64,000 nucleotides of DNA from Candidatus Magasanikbacteria bacterium RIFOXYD1_FULL_40_23. Its GTDB lineage: Bacteria; Patescibacteriota; Patescibacteriia; Magasanikbacterales; GWA2-37-8. The number at the start of each line of letters is the position of its first letter. The first letter of the stretch is position 1. The translations under genes were made by a program, and so were the position numbers. This document shows, one piece after another, positions 9,698 to 18,907 of this stretch. Under the pieces are notes generated by a model. It did no database searches. It worked only from the letters and a program-made list of their open reading frames with translations, and was not told the origin of the DNA. The DNA lies in the NCBI GenBank assembly GCA_001783215.1, contig MFRA01000005.1:29845-93844 (forward strand), read 5' to 3'.

Positions 9698-11098
9698 ATG
9701 TCCAACCACGAAATATGGCAAGCTGTTTTGGCAGAATTGGAACTTACCATCTCTAAACCAAACTTTGTTACCTGGTTTAAGAATACAGATATCCTATCCT
9801 ACCAAGACAATTGCGCTGTATTGTGCGTACCCAATGACTTCAACCGTGCCTGGCTAGAGAAAAAATACCACCACATGATTGTAACTTCTCTAGAGAGAGT
9901 AACCGAAAAACCAATCAAACGACTAGAATACAAGATATATAATATAAAAAACATTGTTCCAGAAAGCGCTGTTGTAGAAACCAAAACAGAAAATGTTTCC
10001 CAAGAAACACCTGTGCTTTCTCCTGTTTTTACTTCTTCCGAAGTGTCTGCCCCTCCAAGAGTGGGTGAGTTTGGCTTAAATCCAAAATATGTTTTTGAAA
10101 CTTTCGTAGTTGGCGGTGGATCCGAACTTGCTTATGCAGCCGCTCAAGCCGTAGTAAACAAACCAGGCGAAGCCTACAACCCACTATTTATCTACGGTGG
10201 CGTAGGTTTAGGCAAAACCCACTTGGTACAAGCTATCGGCAACCATCTACTCAAAGCCAGACCAAATATAAATATCATGTATGCCAGCGCCGAAAAGTTC
10301 TCTAACGACTATATCTCTTCTGTTCGAGACGGCAATGCCAAAAACTTTCAAAACAGATACCGCAATATAGACGTACTTCTTATAGACGATATTCAATTTA
10401 TCTCTGGCAAAGACAAAACCCAAGAATCTTTCTTCCACACCTTCAACGAATTACACCAACAAAACAAACAAGTAGTAATGACTTCTGACCGACCACCAAA
10501 AGCTATTCCTGCCCTAGAAGACCGCCTAAAATCCCGTTTTGAATGGGGTATGATTGTAGATGTGGCTCCACCAGAACTAGAAACTAGAATAGCTATTCTG
10601 CAGAAAAAAAGCGTAGAAAAGAACTTTCATCTTAACCAAGACATTTTGCAATTGGTGGCCACCACTATCCACCGCAACATCCGCGAACTAGAGGGCGCAC
10701 TAAACAAAATTATCGCGGTTCACCAGCTAAAAAACATGGAACCTACTATGGAATCGGTAAAGGCACTACTAGCCAACACCGAAATGCGTTCGGCATACAA
10801 ATCTATTACCCCTCAACAGATTATAGACGCGGCCAGTGAATTCTTTACAATCAATACTTCCGATCTACTTGGCCAAAGCCGAGAAAAGAAATTCTCTCAC
10901 CCTCGCCAAATTATCATGCACCTAATGCGCAAAGAACTTAACATGTCTTATCCGGCTATTGGCAACGAGCTTGGCGGAAGAGATCATACAACCGCTATGC
11001 ATGCCGACAACAAAATAAGCACAGAGATAGAACAAGACCTAAAACTAAAACAAGAAGTAGAGCTAATAAAACAAAAGCTTTATATAAACATTACCTAG
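9698..11098 (+). CDS. dnaA: Chromosomal replication initiator
   Basis: YNPLFIYGGVGLGKTHL Walker A, LLIDDIQF, RELEGAL, GGRDHTT. Confidence 0.99.
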   Translation: MSNHEIWQAVLAELELTISKPNFVTWFKNTDILSYQDNCAVLCVPNDFNRAWLEKKYHHMIVTSLERVTEKPIKRLEYKIYNIKNIVPESAVVETKTENVSQETPVLSPVFTSSEVSAPPRVGEFGLNPKYVFETFVVGGGSELAYAAAQAVVNKPGEAYNPLFIYGGVGLGKTHLVQAIGNHLLKARPNINIMYASAEKFSNDYISSVRDGNAKNFQNRYRNIDVLLIDDIQFISGKDKTQESFFHTFNELHQQNKQVVMTSDRPPKAIPALEDRLKSRFEWGMIVDVAPPELETRIAILQKKSVEKNFHLNQDILQLVATTIHRNIRELEGALNKIIAVHQLKNMEPTMESVKALLANTEMRSAYKSITPQQIIDAASEFFTINTSDLLGQSREKKFSHPRQIIMHLMRKELNMSYPAIGNELGGRDHTTAMHADNKISTEIEQDLKLKQEVELIKQKLYINIT

Positions 11099-11099
11099 T

Positions 11100-11218
11100 T
11101 GTCATTCCGACCGAGCCTTTAGGCGAGTGGAGGAATCCCTTAAACTTAGTATTTGCAACTACCAGGTATAAGGGATCCCTCGACGGAGTTTATGCCCCGA
11201 GGGGTGCTCAGGATGACA
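11100..11218. repeat. REP-like GTCAT-family palindrome, full doublet
   Basis: TGTCATTCCGA...GGAATCCCT / AGGGATCCCT...TCAGGATGACA directly after the dnaA stop. Confidence 0.7.
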
Positions 11219-11506
11219 AATCCACAGTTAATAATCAGTGGATAACCGATGTATAACTACCAAATATTTGCACCACTTATACACACTACTTACAACTTAT
11301 TCACAACCAATTACAAAATAATATTTTATCCCCACACCTTATTAGTCAAACACCAACAACTTACCCACAACACAAAAATCTAAAAACCCGTTTGGATAAA
11401 CAAGAATTCTGACTTATACACTTTATCCACTGCTATATAGTAACGATTGGAATTTATATATAAATATATAACGATATAATAATAGACAACTAAAAGTTTA
11501 CCCACT
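11219..11506. other. Replication origin oriC
   Basis: About ten DnaA-box-like 9-mers (GTGGATAAC, TTATACACA, TTATTCACA, TTATCCCCA, TTACCCACA, TTATCCACT), AT-rich tract ~11450-11485; + strand appears C-rich to the left and G-rich to the right. Confidence 0.85.
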
Positions 11507-11517
11507 AGTTAAATTTT

Positions 11518-12639
11518 ATGAAATTTTTCTGCACAAAGGAGAACCTATCAAAATCGTTGGCTCTAGTAATTGGAGTCGCTGGCAAAAACATTAACCTGCC
11601 AATCTTGGGTAATGTTTTAATTAAGGCTAGCGAACAAAAGGTAGAGTTTATGGCCACCAACCTAGAATTGGCTATAACTTCCAACCTTCGTGCCAAAGTA
11701 GAGGTACCAGGTACATTTACCGTGCCTGCCCGAACTCTAAACGATTTTGTAAACCTATTGTCGGAAGAAAAAGTAGAGTTGTCTTTAAAAGACAACGAGT
11801 TAGAAGTTGTATGTGGAAGGTCTTCTACACGCATAAAAGGCGCCCCAGCCGACGAGTTTCCTGTTGTGCCGGTAGTAGGTGAAGGTAAAGGTTATGTAGT
11901 AGATATAGAAGCATTCAAAAGTGGTTTGGGGCAAGTGTTCCAGGCTGCATCCAAAAACGAAATAAGGCCGGAATTAGCGGGTGTGCTGTTTAATTTCAAC
12001 GAAGATCAAGGAAGCCTAACAATGGCCGCCACAGACAGCTATAGACTGGCAGAGAAGAAGATAAAACTAATCCAAGGCGAAGAAAAATCCAGAGTGATTA
12101 TGCCAGCTCGCACAGCTCAGGAGATAAGTCATATTTTGATTTTGTCCAAAGGGTTAGAGAATGAAAGGAATGTACGACTGTTAGTTACAGAGAATCAAGT
12201 AATCTTGCGTTGTAACGACGTAGAGTTGGTATCTCGTCTGGTAGATGGCCAGTATCCAGATTACACTCAAATTATTCCAAAAGAGTTCAAAACTTCAGCC
12301 GAATTTTCTACCAATCAAATTACCAAAGAAATAAAAGCAGCTAGTTTGTTTACCACTATCGGTATAAACGCTGTAAGTTTTGATTTTGATCCAACCAGTG
12401 GTGTAGTTACGGTTTCTTCTGTGTCTACCCAAACCGGCGAACACAAATCCGAACTACAAGCAGAAATAAAAGGAGAGAAAAATAATACCCTTCTTAACCA
12501 CCGTTATGTGCTAGACGGCTTGGCTAATATAGATACAGAAAATGCAGTGCTCAAAGTAATTAATGCCGATAGCCCATGTGTACTTGCGCCAAAAGGCGAT
12601 CAAAGCTTTGTTTATATTGTGATGCCGATACGACAGTAA
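11518..12639 (+). CDS. dnaN: DNA polymerase III beta clamp
   Basis: ATNLE, AATDSYRLA, LVDGQYPDY, YIVMPIR. Confidence 0.98.
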   Translation: MKFFCTKENLSKSLALVIGVAGKNINLPILGNVLIKASEQKVEFMATNLELAITSNLRAKVEVPGTFTVPARTLNDFVNLLSEEKVELSLKDNELEVVCGRSSTRIKGAPADEFPVVPVVGEGKGYVVDIEAFKSGLGQVFQAASKNEIRPELAGVLFNFNEDQGSLTMAATDSYRLAEKKIKLIQGEEKSRVIMPARTAQEISHILILSKGLENERNVRLLVTENQVILRCNDVELVSRLVDGQYPDYTQIIPKEFKTSAEFSTNQITKEIKAASLFTTIGINAVSFDFDPTSGVVTVSSVSTQTGEHKSELQAEIKGEKNNTLLNHRYVLDGLANIDTENAVLKVINADSPCVLAPKGDQSFVYIVMPIRQ

Positions 12640-12641
12640 AA

Positions 12642-12688
12642 TATATAATAAAAAACCGCGGTAATAAGCTGCGGTTTTTTATTATATA
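12642..12688 (+). terminator. Rho-independent terminator
   Basis: TATATAATAAAAAACCGCG...TGCGGTTTTTTATTATATA. Confidence 0.75.
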
Positions 12689-12745
12689 GATTGACGAAAT
12701 AGGGTGGGTATGTTTAAATTATTTTTGTAAAGCATGGAGGTTGAA

Positions 12746-13369
12746 ATGGGTGAGCCACTCTCGTTGCTTGTTGTTGATGTGTCAGAAGATTGGGAAGAGG
12801 TGCTAAAAGCACAGGAACGAGGCTATGAGATAGACTTTGATAATAAGTGGCCGGGAAGCTACTTGCGAAATAGCCTTGATCCAAACAGGCTAATGAAACT
12901 TCATTATCCGCATGGATCTGTTCGTGCCGGATTCAATGCAGTTATTGATACTACGCGCATTGCGCACCAACTTTCCATTCCAATTTACGCAGCCGAATAC
13001 TATGATGGGTGGACGGATGGTGAGGAGCAAACTTGCTTTTCTTTACAGTGGTATATACCAAAAGTAAACCGCTACGAAAAAGGCCAGCTCAGTGCTTTTC
13101 GATCTAGTTTGGCAGAAAGGCTAAAGACGGAGAATTGCCAACATCTCATGGTTATTGGTTATGACAGGGATGATTGTGTGATGGCAACGATTCGCGATGC
13201 TGTTGAGCGAGGTATTACGGTAGTTACCTCAGAGCATTGTATGCTTACTACAAACCGCGACAATCGGCGCGATGCTTCGTTGGCTTATTTCAAGGAAAAC
13301 ACAGTGTTTTTGGAAACACTGGTTGATGTGTGGAATTATATTTCCAACTCTGTAATTAGAGGGAGGTAG
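12746..13369 (+). CDS. Isochorismatase-like cysteine hydrolase
   Basis: LLVVD, K-x4-AF, GYDRDDCVMATIRDA; GGAGG before ATG 12746. Confidence 0.75.
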   Translation: MGEPLSLLVVDVSEDWEEVLKAQERGYEIDFDNKWPGSYLRNSLDPNRLMKLHYPHGSVRAGFNAVIDTTRIAHQLSIPIYAAEYYDGWTDGEEQTCFSLQWYIPKVNRYEKGQLSAFRSSLAERLKTENCQHLMVIGYDRDDCVMATIRDAVERGITVVTSEHCMLTTNRDNRRDASLAYFKENTVFLETLVDVWNYISNSVIRGR

Positions 13370-13372
13370 AGA

Positions 13373-13636
13373 ATGAAAAGATACGAGATTGATGATACGG
13401 ATTATAACAAGCTGGTTCGGCATTATGGTCGTGAAAATAAAATTCTTACCACGGTCGGCCCCCTTAGACGTATAAGTAGGGGTAGTGAAAATGTTTGGCG
13501 GAGAGTTGTTAGTGAGAAAATATGGTTTGTAATACAGAGTATGCTTCGAGTGTTGAACAAGCTTCCACGATCGGAGCAGAACAAACTCGCTTCTTCTAAG
13601 CCGAAAAAAGCAAAACAGAAGAAACGTCGGTGTTAA
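13373..13636 (+). CDS. Basic hypothetical protein
   Basis: GGAGG SD, 3 nt after the upstream stop. Confidence 0.6.
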   Translation: MKRYEIDDTDYNKLVRHYGRENKILTTVGPLRRISRGSENVWRRVVSEKIWFVIQSMLRVLNKLPRSEQNKLASSKPKKAKQKKRRC

Positions 13637-13689
13637 TCTGTGTGTTGTGTAAGGGGGAAGGTTGGGCAGCCGTTTATGGCTGTCTTTTT

Positions 13690-16521
13690 TTATTCCACCA
13701 CCACATTCAAAATCTTCTCCGTAGTCTTCCCCGCATTATCCGTCAGCACGGCCTTTAAAGAATGTTCGCCTACACCTGGAGAATTTTTCCAGGTAAATGT
13801 TAGGGCGCCATTTGCAAGTGTATCTTCTCGATGATTAAAGTTATAAATCAACTTCGGTGCTTTGTCGCCAACAGTTAAATATATATCTATCTTTTTCATA
13901 TCATCCCAGCGGAAAGGTGTCAGGCTAATCACGCGCGGGAAATCGCTGGCGGTGAGCGTCACCGATTCGCCATCAAACCACTCAAAATCTGGCGCATCAT
14001 ATTCTGCTTGCATTGCAAAGGTAATATTTTTTTGAGAACTGTTGCCAGCATCGTCTACTGCCACCACAGAAAGCATGTGTGGGCCTTTGAGAAGCGTTTT
14101 GGCGTAGTAGGAGAGATTAAATGGTACTTCTGTCGACTCGCCAATTGAATGGCCGTCTATTTGGTATTTTACTTTGGTTACTCCGCGCGGAGCCACAGCA
14201 GTAACTTGTATTTCCATTTGTCTGGAAGTAAGAATGGCGCCCTCTACTGGCGAAACAAATTCTATAGTAGGAGAAAGCTCCGAAGAGTGTGTGCCTTCGT
14301 ATTCGGTTGGCGGTTCAGCAAAAGAAGAGCCTAGTTGTTTATCCATCCAAACTTTCAAGGCCTTTTCCCAATTTTCGTATTGAGGATCATCGGCAGGATA
14401 TGCCGGCACTGGCCCACGAGGATCGGATCTATCTACGTAATGAAGAATATCGTGTGGAGGTAGATATGTACGCTGGACAATCAAACTTTCTGGAGTAGAA
14501 GAGTTGGCGATTTTGCCAGTCTCGGAATTTATATTTAGCACAATGCCGTCGTTGCCACCACGAAGAACTGGTTTGGTAGCATCGTTTGGTGGCGGAGTTG
14601 GGAAGTTTTCTACAGGCGTTCCCTTTAGCGCTTCTCTCATAAACTTGTTCCAGATTGTACCAGCCAAGGCATTACCACCAGCTTTCATAGGTGTGGGGAT
14701 TGTATTTCCAACCCAAACACCGGTAGCTAGAGATGGTGTATAGCCCAGAGTCCAAGCATCTTTGTTATCGTTGGTAGTACCGGTTTTTGCTGCTACTGGT
14801 CGGCCAGGCAAAGTTAAGTTTCCATTTGCACCAAAGATCCAAGAACGGGCTACGTCATCGGATAAAACGTCGGCAGTAGTGGCTGCAATTTCTGGTGTGA
14901 TTGCTTCTGTACCTTCGTTTTCTTCCCATTCATACAAAGTCTCGCCGGCATTGCTAGTTACTCTCAAAATACTAACTGGTTGGTGGTATATGCCGTTGTT
15001 TGCCAGAGTGGCATAGCCATTGGTGTGTTCTAACAGGTTTACTTCTCCGCCACCGAGCACCAAACTCAAGCCATAATCACCAGTAAAAGTGCTGTAGCCA
15101 AATCGTTTAGCAAAATCTATTGTGTCTTTTGTGCCAACCAGATAAAGAGCTTTAACTGCTGGAATATTTAGTGAGCCTTGCAAAGATTTGCGAATAGTAA
15201 CCAGTCCGTGTTCTTTACCATCATAATTTTTTGGAGTGTAATCTTCACCGGCGCGCGCATCAAAGTTGGTAATCACGTCGTAGATTACTGTATCTGGCGT
15301 ATATCCTTTTTCAAAAGCAAAAGTATAAACAAATGGTTTAAAAGAAGAACCAGGTTGGCGTTTGCCAAGAGTGGCTACATCAAATTGGCCGTTTATTTCA
15401 TCGTTGTTATAATCACGCGAACCAACCATTGCCAGTATCTGCGCAGTCTTTGGATCTAGTGCTACCAGCGCAGCGTTGTTGGCGTTGGCATCTTTTAGAT
15501 TTTTGTCACCAATTTCTTTTACAATCTTTTCGGCGATTTGTTGTTTTTCAAAATCAAGCGAAGTAATTATTTTGAGTCCGCCTTCGTCTATTGCTCTTTC
15601 GCCAAACTGGTCGGCCAACAATTGTTTTACATAAAGTACAAAGTGTGGGGCTTCCATTGGGCCAGCACTTTTGAATAATCGCAAAGCTACGCCTTGGGCT
15701 TCATTCTTTTGTTCTTCGGTTATCATGCCTTGGTCATACATTAGAGCTAACACAACATCGCGTCTATCTCGTAGAGCATCCAAATCTTTTAAGTATCGGC
15801 TTGGAGCTTTTGGAATCGCAGCTAGTGTTGCAGCTTCGGCAAGAGTTATTTCTTTGGCGGTTTTTTTAAAGTATGCCTGGCTGGCTGCTTCTATACCATA
15901 GTTGGTAGAGCCGTATGGGATTTCATTTAAATATAATTTTAAGATTTGTTCTTTGGTATATTTTTTCTCCAAACGAATAGCGAGAATGGCCTCTTTGATT
16001 TTTCTAAAATAACCGGCAAAACCAGTTCGCGCATCTCCAACAATAGTATTTTTAATTAACTGTTGGGTAAGTGTAGAACCTCCGCCCGAACCGGCTCTGC
16101 GGCCAATAAGACTATAAAATCTGGCGCGGAGAATGCTTTGGATTCGGATACCGCTATGTTCATAGAAATTTTTGTCTTCCACGGCCACAGTAGCTTTTTT
16201 GGCATAGTCAGAGATCTGATCCATTTCTACCAGAGTTCGTTTTTGGTTTTGGTAAACTTCATAAAGCAGATGTTCGCCTGTGCGGTCGTAGATTTTGGTG
16301 CTCTGGGATACTTGGCGTTCGTTTAGCTTGTTTGGGTCTGGTAGGTCTCGACTTATCCAGGCCACAGCAATAGTGCCCAAAATAAAACAAGCGCTAAAGC
16401 CAATAGCGATAGTTGTTAGTATGATTTTGAAGAATTTCTTCTTTTTTTCTTTGGGCGACAACGGTTCGTAGTCTGGCAGGTGTCCGTAGTGCCTTCTTTG
16501 GTTTAGTTGGGGGATTGGCAT
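13690..16521 (-). CDS. Class A penicillin-binding protein with C-terminal Ig-like domains
   Basis: EDKNFYEH, GGSTLTQQLIKN transglycosylase; SSFK, SLN, KTGT transpeptidase motifs. Confidence 0.95.
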   Translation of the reverse strand: MPIPQLNQRRHYGHLPDYEPLSPKEKKKKFFKIILTTIAIGFSACFILGTIAVAWISRDLPDPNKLNERQVSQSTKIYDRTGEHLLYEVYQNQKRTLVEMDQISDYAKKATVAVEDKNFYEHSGIRIQSILRARFYSLIGRRAGSGGGSTLTQQLIKNTIVGDARTGFAGYFRKIKEAILAIRLEKKYTKEQILKLYLNEIPYGSTNYGIEAASQAYFKKTAKEITLAEAATLAAIPKAPSRYLKDLDALRDRRDVVLALMYDQGMITEEQKNEAQGVALRLFKSAGPMEAPHFVLYVKQLLADQFGERAIDEGGLKIITSLDFEKQQIAEKIVKEIGDKNLKDANANNAALVALDPKTAQILAMVGSRDYNNDEINGQFDVATLGKRQPGSSFKPFVYTFAFEKGYTPDTVIYDVITNFDARAGEDYTPKNYDGKEHGLVTIRKSLQGSLNIPAVKALYLVGTKDTIDFAKRFGYSTFTGDYGLSLVLGGGEVNLLEHTNGYATLANNGIYHQPVSILRVTSNAGETLYEWEENEGTEAITPEIAATTADVLSDDVARSWIFGANGNLTLPGRPVAAKTGTTNDNKDAWTLGYTPSLATGVWVGNTIPTPMKAGGNALAGTIWNKFMREALKGTPVENFPTPPPNDATKPVLRGGNDGIVLNINSETGKIANSSTPESLIVQRTYLPPHDILHYVDRSDPRGPVPAYPADDPQYENWEKALKVWMDKQLGSSFAEPPTEYEGTHSSELSPTIEFVSPVEGAILTSRQMEIQVTAVAPRGVTKVKYQIDGHSIGESTEVPFNLSYYAKTLLKGPHMLSVVAVDDAGNSSQKNITFAMQAEYDAPDFEWFDGESVTLTASDFPRVISLTPFRWDDMKKIDIYLTVGDKAPKLIYNFNHREDTLANGALTFTWKNSPGVGEHSLKAVLTDNAGKTTEKILNVVVE

Positions 16522-16742
16522 ATTTGTTTCATGATACATGATTCACACAGCATTATTCACTTGCATCATGTTGTGTGCATTATGAATTCATGTTTGTTAG
16601 GGATATTTTATACCAATGAGCGAAAATTTACCAGTCTGTTAGGTTGGGTTGGAAGGGTTGACAAAAAGGGCGATTTGTGATATATTTAGACGTTAATTCA
16701 TGAGGGTATCCTGTAAGGGATACTTTTAAATTAATTAAGAAT

Positions 16743-17294
16743 ATGAGCTTAAATAAGCCAAATTTGACCACAAAAGCCTTGAAAGTTGCAGTAAACTTGC
16801 CAATATTTATGGCTTTACTTAGCAATTTAGCCTTGCCATCTATCGTAAAAGCTGATATTGAGCAAGAAATGGCTAACTCTACACAAAAAATGGCCTTTAC
16901 CGGGATAAAAGCCCCAGAAGTGGCTAAGATGCCAAAAAAATTGGCTTCTGCTGCTGGTGGGTTAGCTCCGGATAAGGTATTGGATGCTGTAATTACAGCC
17001 TATACCAGTACCCCTGGCCAAACCGATGATACTCCGTTTATCGCTGCTAGCGGTAAAAGAGTGCACGACGGCATGATTGCGGCCAACGGTTTACCATTTG
17101 GTACTCAAATCGTAATTCCTGAGCTTTATGGTGATAAGGTCTTCGTAGTAGAAGATCGTATGAATCGCCGTTATGGCTTAGGCCGTATGGATATCTGGTT
17201 AGACACTACTCGCGCTGAAGCTATGAAATTTGGTGTAAAGCGTGTAGAAGTATTAATCTTCTATCCAAAAAAGGCTGTTGCCAAAGTTAAGTAA
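16743..17294 (+). CDS. 3D-domain cell-wall protein
   Basis: ITAYTS, TDDTPFIAASG, AANGLPFGT, VEDRM, MDIW. Confidence 0.88.
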   Translation: MSLNKPNLTTKALKVAVNLPIFMALLSNLALPSIVKADIEQEMANSTQKMAFTGIKAPEVAKMPKKLASAAGGLAPDKVLDAVITAYTSTPGQTDDTPFIAASGKRVHDGMIAANGLPFGTQIVIPELYGDKVFVVEDRMNRRYGLGRMDIWLDTTRAEAMKFGVKRVEVLIFYPKKAVAKVK

Positions 17295-17299
17295 GAATT

Positions 17300-17342
17300 T
17301 TAAAACAAAAAAGGCCCCAGAGATGGGCCTTTTTTGTTTTAT
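17300..17342 (+). terminator. Rho-independent terminator
   Basis: TAAAACAAAAAAGGCCC...GGGCCTTTTTTGTTTTA. Confidence 0.75.
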
Positions 17343-17354
17343 TTCTTTTCAATA

Positions 17355-17773
17355 ATCTCTCCCCACTTCTTTAGTAGAAGTGGGCAAGAATCGCTCACGG
17401 TGGAAAGGTTCAGGAAATTTAGGACTCATTTTCTTTAATTTTCAAAACTCAACAGCTTTTTATTCGCAAAAAGCTGTCTCAAACATTGAAAATTTCCTGC
17501 GAAGGAACACTCAAACTCATCTCTAAATTTTAACTTCACCTTTCCAAAGTTCGCCTGGACAATCGACGGACAACGATTCGCTATCCGAGCACATGGTGAG
17601 TGATGCTACTGGCCACGGTGAGGGGGGGGCGGTGCCTTTTTTAAGGCACAGGTAGTCATAGGGTAGTTTGCTGATTGACTGCCTGAGTAAACCCGAACCG
17701 ATTGGCAGTAGCAGAGCGAGACATCAGCTCGGAAACTTTTCCCTCCAGCTTTTGGTTTCAAAAGGTGGAAAAT
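17355..17773 (+). ncRNA. ~410-nt structured non-coding repeat element, copy 1
   Basis: Homologous to 61931-62333 with compensatory stem changes; no credible ORF. Confidence 0.75.
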
Positions 17774-17776
17774 GGT

Positions 17777-18511
17777 TTATTTTTCTATAATCTCTAGTGA
17801 AAGAATTTTAACTGGACTTACTGGGCTAGACATTGCACCGTCTGCACCCATAGTAGTTGGAGCTGTGGCAATCTTGTCTACTACATCTAGTCCTTTGGTT
17901 ACTTTTCCAAAAATTACATAATCTTTTTGTAGAGGAACGTCGGCATGCATAATAAAGAACTGACTGCCGGCTGAATTTGGAGCAGCGGTTCGAGCCATAG
18001 CTAGAGTACCACGAGTATAATCTCCTTCAAAACTTTCATCTTTAATAGTATAACCAGGTCCACCACGGCCAGTTCCTTCTGGGTCGCCGCCTTGGATCAT
18101 AAATCCTTTAATTATTCTGTGGAAGATTACATTGTCGTAGAAATTTTTCTTGGCCAAGAAAACGAAATTGTTTACGGTGTTTGGAGTGGCGGCTGCATTT
18201 AGAGATATTTCCATTTCTCCGGCAGTTGTTTTCATTTTGGCGGTGTAGGTTTTGTTTTTGTCGATTATCATAATAGGTGTTTTATATTGCGATAAGTCTA
18301 GTGGCTTATCTGAATTAGATTTTGTAGCTTCTTTTGTTGTGGTAGCCAATTCTGCTGGCACTGGTGTTTCGCTGGTTACTTCTACCTGTGTTGACTCGCT
18401 ATATTTATCTGTTTTAGTTTCGGTAGTTGGTGTTGGGGTTGTCTTTGCGCAACCGGCGCCAGCTAGCATAACAACTGCTAGAAGTATCGCTAGAGATGAA
18501 ATTTTTTGCAT
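17777..18511 (-). CDS. Cyclophilin-type peptidyl-prolyl isomerase, lipoprotein
   Basis: Lipobox LAGAGC; FHRIIKGFMIQGGDP, AGSQFFI. Confidence 0.93.
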   Translation of the reverse strand: MQKISSLAILLAVVMLAGAGCAKTTPTPTTETKTDKYSESTQVEVTSETPVPAELATTTKEATKSNSDKPLDLSQYKTPIMIIDKNKTYTAKMKTTAGEMEISLNAAATPNTVNNFVFLAKKNFYDNVIFHRIIKGFMIQGGDPEGTGRGGPGYTIKDESFEGDYTRGTLAMARTAAPNSAGSQFFIMHADVPLQKDYVIFGKVTKGLDVVDKIATAPTTMGADGAMSSPVSPVKILSLEIIEK

Positions 18512-18574
18512 ACAATTTTTATTAAATTTTTAAGTGCTAGAATTGTAGCAGAACTATAAATTTTGACAAGTTAT

Positions 18575-18898
18575 TTATTTTTTATCCATCTTATCCTGTA
18601 TCATTTTCCAATGATATATAGGTAAATCAGGCAGAGCTCTTGGATTAAAAACTTCATCAATAGAAAAAGTTCTTCCAAAATTTTTCATTGCCCAATCATT
18701 GTCTAGGAGTTCAGTTTTAAAATCCCAGCCTGGTCCGGCACCCATTTCTGGGGTGGAATGAGAATAAAACTGCCTTAGGGTGTAGCGTGATTTTTCGTAA
18801 TGATATGTTTTACCGTTTACAATTTTAATGTCGCCTTCTTTTGGGGCAATGTCGGTTTCCTTGGTAGAAGGGTTAAAACCACTTTCGTTTTCTGGCAT
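18575..18898 (-). CDS. Hypothetical protein
   Basis: 107-aa ORF 9 nt downstream of comM on the same strand. Confidence 0.7.
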   Translation of the reverse strand: MPENESGFNPSTKETDIAPKEGDIKIVNGKTYHYEKSRYTLRQFYSHSTPEMGAGPGWDFKTELLDNDWAMKNFGRTFSIDEVFNPRALPDLPIYHWKMIQDKMDKK

Positions 18899-18907
18899 AT
18901 ATTTATA

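Noticed and set aside
16528-16730. Hairpins upstream of the PBP gene and the 3D-domain gene (GTATCCT-GTAA-GGGATAC) as a c-di-AMP-type riboswitch
   Set aside because: Single short stems without the conserved ydaO motifs.
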